DNA of 64,000 nucleotides from Entomortierella parvispora E1425 (Eukaryota; Fungi; Mortierellomycota): NCBI GenBank assembly GCA_020891255.1, contig BQFW01000013.1, positions 1,736,001 to 1,800,000 of the forward strand, read 5' to 3'. Shown piece by piece: positions 58,701 to 64,000 of this stretch (position 1 is its first letter; each line of letters starts with the position of its first letter). The notes under the pieces were generated by a model. It saw only the letters and a program-made list of their open reading frames with translations, ran no database searches and was not told where the DNA came from. The position numbers and the translations under genes were made by a program.

Positions 58701-60847
58701 AGACCAGGCATCTGAGTCTCGATGTTCAAAGCACCAAAGGCGAGGCTCAAGGAATCAACTGTCGTGCTGGTGGGAGTACCAGCAATACTGACAGAGGCAC
58801 CTGCGCCGCTTGTGTAAAGACTCAAGAGCTCGAGACCCTCAGGAGACTTGGCGGGATCGATAGTGGAAGTTGTAGCAACAGTGTTGGCTCCAGGCACAAT
58901 AGAGAGGTTGGGCATGGTCACAGTTCCGAGGTTGACTCCCTTGTACATCAGAGCGAGGACGACATCTCCAGCTGAGAGCGAGATGGACGATGGGTTCACA
59001 ATGATGACAGATATGTTCATGGTCAAACCAGTGGTGGTTCCTGAGACGACCTGGAGCGAGGTAATGGTAGGAGCAGGGTTGGCAAGGCTCTGGAGACCAC
59101 TCAGCTGAGTAGAGGCGTTGAAGGGGATGTTGACCAGGTTGACAACACCAATAGAGGTGTTGGCAAAGACAGAGGCCTGGCCAGTGACCTGGAAGGGAAG
59201 ATCAGCTCCGACAGTGAGGTCGCGGTTGAACTCTTGGAAGGCTGCATGGGATGCATCGGGAACCAAGAGGGGAGTGGCGAGAAGGTTAAAGGTCAAAGTA
59301 CCAGCAGCCATGTTGGATGTCGAGGGGTTGTAGGTCGAGTTCAAGTTGGCAATCACCACACCTCCCCGAGTCAAGGCAAAGGAGTTGGAGACCTGCTGGA
59401 ACTGGATGTTGAACCCAAAGCCATCAGGAAGACTGTAGTTGGCAAGAACACCCGTCGACGTGGTCACAGGCTCGTAGGCAGTGGGGGGAGTGAAGACGAG
59501 TCCGAGGGCACCAAGGTTAAGTCCCTTGATGAGCTGGAGAGGAACAGGGCTCTGAAGAGGAACAGTGAGCTTCAAGTTCTTGACGGCGGCCGACAACCAG
59601 TCGAGCGAGTTGACACCATCAGGCTTGACATCCACACCAGTGGCCGTCGTGTTGGTCAACACATTGCCAACGTACCGAGACATCATCTCCGAGGTTACAG
59701 CAAGACCCTCGGTTGTATTTTGAGGAATCAAGAGTCCCTTCATGGACATAGTTTGCACTCCGCGCACCATGGTCAGGTTGCTGGAGGTGACATAGCCCAT
59801 GAGAACATCCTGGTATGAAATGGCCAAGGTCAAGCTTCCCATGTACATCTGAATGGCCGAGGGATTGTTGACAGTGGTGTCAATCTCGATGATGATGCCC
59901 TTGCCCGAAGGATCATCACCAGGAAGAGCAAACTTTTCAATTTTGATGCCATTCAGACCGTCGAATGCTGAAGAAGAGAGAGAGAAAAGAAGAGGAAGGA
60001 ATTGACATGAGAACACGGTACACTCAAGTATGCAGATGGTAGTGCTAACATTAACATACCATTGACAGTGATATCTTTGCTGAGATCAAGATTCTTGACA
60101 GTGTGCGAGAGAGCCTTGACGTTGAGTTTGCCCTGGAGATGCCAGACAAAGGACTGGGCATTAAGCATATAGGATGAGAACTCGGCGAAGGCAGTGGCGT
60201 TGGTCACGGTGAATGTACTACCGAGATTCAACGAACCCTTGCCGCCGCTATTATGAAGAGAGAGGCGAGGGTGATGAGTACGAATGTAAGAGTGGTAGGC
60301 GTGGTGATCATATAAACCTGCGAGAGAGACGCCAAACAGACAAAAATCAACTTACGAGGCCTTGCTGGTGCCAGGGATGTCAGTGGTACCGAGCTCGATG
60401 CCATTCCAAGAGACATAGACAGTGCCAGGGAACGAGATCTCAGCGCTGAAGGGACCAGTGTTACGCATGTTTCCTTGCATGGTAATGTCCATGGATGTGG
60501 CTGTCGGATTGACAATGTTCTAGGAGCGAGATCAAGCGAGAGGGGTATTAATATCACGTACATTAGAGTGTGGATTAAAAAAGAGAGATACGGCTATGGC
60601 GACAAGCATTTACAATAGCGTCAAACTCAATGGTGGCCTTGTTCATCAAGCCCTGAGCGATCTTGGGCATGATCACATAGAGTCCAAGCATGACGGCGAC
60701 GATCAGAGTAATGATGGCGTTGGGGATGCAAAAGTACCAAAACTTTCTACGGTGATAGAACTTTGGTGGCGGTTTGGTCTCCTGCACATCGTACTCTTCA
60801 AACTCGTCGTGGTGCTCCTCATCTTCCTCGCGGATGTCAAAAGCCAT
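55748..60847 (-). CDS. Giant type II membrane protein with tandem DUF3712 (Tag1-like) domains, a Cys-containing C-terminal domain and a Pro/Thr/Ser tail
   Basis: N-terminal acidic cytosolic segment plus TM (FWYFCIPNAIITLIVAVMLGLYVIMP); repeated NPS.I....G.L.L / L.L.PG.N motifs; 1422-aa final exon ORF. Confidence 0.85.
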
Positions 60848-62709
60848 GGTGATTGAATGGAATTAACAAGAGGTGCTGAAATGGGTATCGGGTTTGGGTG
60901 CGGAGGCGATGAAGGGTGTTTGGGCACAATGTCTAAAGGTAAAGGGATGAAGGGAGGGGGGGCGGGAGGTGCGGGAAGGTGGAAGGGAGACCAGGGAAGG
61001 TGGGGCGAAAGAGACCTTGGCGAGAAAAAAAAAGAGGAAAACGGACGATGGAGCTAGAAGTTATATCTGTTTCGTCTTGCCTCGGATAATTGCTGAATGG
61101 GTGTTCACCTTGTGGACAGGCGTGGAGTAAGAAAAGACGAGTAAAACAGGCTGCTCTCAAGGTCGAGTGCATTTCGAATTCCTTTTTTGACTCTGTCGTG
61201 TATTCTGCCGTATTCGCCCTCGGGACAAAGCAGCAGTGGTCACAGGTTACCAAGCAGCGAGCGACACTGAGTGGAGGAGGATACTCTGTCAACCTAGTCG
61301 AGAGGCCAGGAACAGCGCTCTGTTGTCCTGAAAAATGCTAAGGCGCTTGGTCTGTGTCACGTTGAGAGCTCCCACCTCCCCGTTGACTTTGACTCCCTCG
61401 TTCTTCTCTCTCCACCTCCGCCCACATGAAGTGGGTATCTTGCATCTCTGATTGGCCAGTTTCTGCTCTGCCCTCCTTGCACTTTATGCAGACAGACGAT
61501 GCGACCTTTTTCCATTGTCGGGGGCTGAGGAGTCAATAAAAAAAGCAGGACGCCAAAATGATTTTTTTGGACACAGTTGGCGACGAGGGCGTTGGCCTTG
61601 CTTGTATTTTTTTTTCTTTCCTCAGCACCCTAGTCTGAAAAGAGCAGATTGAGTTTCGCGGCTGCTGCGTTGCTGTTGCTGTTGCCATTGCTGTTGTTGT
61701 TCTTTTTTCTTCTGTGTTGCTTTCTGGCTGTACTTACAGGCTCGTGTGGGAATTCATGTACTCGCCATGAAGGCGAAAATGGTGCCCCAAGACCTAAAAC
61801 ATGGTCATCTTGAGGGGATGTTGCTGGCGGCACGGTTAGATCATAGGGGGAGAGTGTTGTTTGTGCAGCATCCGAGGGCGTTCGAGTTTTGAATTGCCGC
61901 CTTGAGCTTTTTTTTTGATTTTGTTTGTTTGCTGCAAACGATTTCTTTTGCCCGGATGTTGTCCGGCCATCTCTGTGTTGTTCTCCACATTTTTATCTTG
62001 CAGGGGTACAACATTGCTCTGACGGGTTCAGTGCCTTTTAGGGATGAGCTGTCCTCATGCCACTCGGTGCAGTCCAATTAGGAAAGTGAAAACATGGGAG
62101 GTTGGGCGTGTGAACAGGGATCCATCCGCTCTTGCCAATCGCCGAATTGGCACTGACACGCGCAAAAGTGATCTAATTCCAAAACGGAGGAGTCAGGTTC
62201 ATTAGTTGCATATCTAAAAGACCGTGCACCCGTGCATACTTGGAAAGTACATGTCTATGCGAAACCTGGAAGACCACCACCAGACCACCACCAACTCCTC
62301 ATCCTCCTACTCCAATGCGAAATGGAAATTAAAGACCCTCACTCCTCCTAATCTTTCTTCCGACTTTGATGCAGGGTCATCACCTTCTGTGCATGGAAAT
62401 GATGAAGACCCTCTCTGACTGTCGAGGAGGATGCACCCATGATGCGGGCCCGAAGCCAAAAAAAAAAAAAAAAAAAAAAAAAACAACGCGCTCCATAAAA
62501 CAAACGCAAGTACACTCGCATGGATTTTCAATGTTTATTATATTTTCTGGCCAGTTCTTATAATTTAGAAGCGTTGCGGGTATTATTTTTTCGTGAGGGA
62601 GAAAGAGGGATTTGAGCAGGAATGAGAAGATACATTAGGACAAGCAGAAAAGACATTACTCGGTCATGGTGAAAGCGACTGTTGTTGATCTTGTCATTAT
62701 TTTTTTTTC

Positions 62710-64000
62710 TTAGGGAGCAACAGTGGCGGTAGCGCTTGGGGCAGGCGCAGAAGGAGTGGCCGTAACGGGGTCTACTGCAGACGTAGTGGTAGGCTGAGGG
62801 ACCACCGTGACCGATGGCGATGACGAAGGTACCACAGGAACCTGGGACGGAGATGGGGACAAAGTAGGGGGAGCGACAGGAGCAGGGCCGCGCAATTTAT
62901 CAAGATATTGACGAATGACGCCAAAGTCTGCAGGCGCTCTGGCAGCAGTGGTGCACCCCGTTTGTGAGATGTCTGTAGGATCGGGATAGTAGCCAATGCA
63001 GGACCAATCTGTGTTCTGGGGCGTTGGATCTTGACCCATAGTAATCATGGGCATGATGTTGAAGACAGAACGGCAAGGGGTCGTAATGCAGTTCTGCACA
63101 AAGGTGGCCCAGAACTCATCTGGGTAATTAATGAAATTACTATTGGCGGTCATCATACCAATCTGTGCCTTCCAAGAAACGGTCTTTGAAGTGTCGTTGG
63201 GTGCAAAGACAACAGGCACGAATGCTGGATCGTATCCCCAGCTTGCAAAGTCAACTCGGCCTTCGCCCCTACCGGGTATAGGTTTGCCGCCCTGAATGCC
63301 TCCGAGCCAATAGTCTTGGGATCCAAAGTCGAACTTGCTCGGATCCACGTACAAGCTCTCAATCGAGACCCGAATGCCAGGGTAGGGGTGATGGAACAAA
63401 GCCGAGAACTCAAAAATACCGTCCACACCTGTGTTCGGAAGCATCTTCATGTCCCAAATAGGATCATACGGCGGGAGCGTACTGATAGCGCTGCCGGCGT
63501 AAATAACGGTCGAGGTCTGTACATTGATCAAGCCAGCTGCTAATGCAGGGTTCGAGCTCGATTCCGGATAACAGTAGAGATATACGGTCGTTGACGGAAT
63601 TGATGCGTTGTTGATATCAGCGGCAATGTCGCTTGCTCGCTTCCCGTAAAGTGAGGCTTGGAGCTGGAGACTCGCGACAATGTTGTTGGGGCCGGGGACA
63701 AGAGTCAAATATTTGATACTAGACTGGCCAACTAATCCTGTAGGGAGGTAGTCAATACCCGCCATCATGGACAAATTGCCGATCGTGAGCGTCAGTTGAC
63801 TGGGGTTGTGAATAATGACTTGAGACTGAACAATAATGTCGCCCCATGGACTCATGGCCAAAATCGACTTGAAGTCGATCTTCTTGAGACCTTGAAGACC
63901 CGCCAACTGCGTTGTGACATCAAGAGGAATTCCTTTGACCTCAATGTCTCCAAATGGAGGCAGGCTCAACTTGGACGAAGCCGTGCCTCTCAAGCCCAAA
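62710..64000 (-). CDS. Tandem paralog of the DUF3712 protein (C-terminal 429 aa; remainder beyond window end)
   Basis: Collinear with 55748-57005 (LPPFGDIEVKGIPLDVTTQLAGLQGLKKIDFKSIL..TTAARAPADFGVIRQY..ATVAP); the 3' flank is also homologous. Confidence 0.9.
   Translation of the reverse strand, partial: LGLRGTASSKLSLPPFGDIEVKGIPLDVTTQLAGLQGLKKIDFKSILAMSPWGDIIVQSQVIIHNPSQLTLTIGNLSMMAGIDYLPTGLVGQSSIKYLTLVPGPNNIVASLQLQASLYGKRASDIAADINNASIPSTTVYLYCYPESSSNPALAAGLINVQTSTVIYAGSAISTLPPYDPIWDMKMLPNTGVDGIFEFSALFHHPYPGIRVSIESLYVDPSKFDFGSQDYWLGGIQGGKPIPGRGEGRVDFASWGYDPAFVPVVFAPNDTSKTVSWKAQIGMMTANSNFINYPDEFWATFVQNCITTPCRSVFNIMPMITMGQDPTPQNTDWSCIGYYPDPTDISQTGCTTAARAPADFGVIRQYLDKLRGPAPVAPPTLSPSPSQVPVVPSSSPSVTVVPQPTTTSAVDPVTATPSAPAPSATATVAP

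Noticed and set aside
60850-62500. ORFs or RNA genes in the long region between DUF3712 paralogs; tRNA genes anywhere in the window
   Set aside because: Only short low-complexity ORFs; no cloverleaf with A/B boxes recognised by eye (tRNAscan-SE would be decisive)

Overview
Intron-rich eukaryotic (fungal) genomic DNA. The gene content and style suggest an early-diverging fungus, probably Mortierellaceae (inference). 1-31.4 kb is a run of conserved spliced genes: glycogen phosphorylase (partial), NDUFAF6-like, a hypothetical gene, PNS1/CTL transporter, methionine aminopeptidase 1, VWA8 AAA/vWA ATPase, ASCC3/Slh1 helicase and an ABCC transporter. 31.7-49.2 kb is an accessory island. It holds three direct copies of a ~2.0-2.3 kb degenerate repeat, a truncated pseudogene copy of the ABCC gene, a 146-bp decayed LSU rRNA fragment and a chromoviral Ty3/Gypsy remnant. 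It also holds four apparently intact intronless ORFs: a small secreted 6-Cys protein, a monalysin/aerolysin-like beta-pore-former candidate, a stand-alone alpha-kinase, and an aegerolysin/actinoporin-like protein with a hydrophobic C-terminal tail. This candidate toxin/defence cassette is the most interesting part of the window. 49.7-64 kb holds a Kelch-repeat single-pass membrane protein, a carotenoid cleavage oxygenase, and two tandem paralogs of a giant DUF3712/Tag1-like type II membrane protein with a variable C-terminal domain. All family assignments are from motif recognition by eye; no searches were run, and most internal exon boundaries are approximate.
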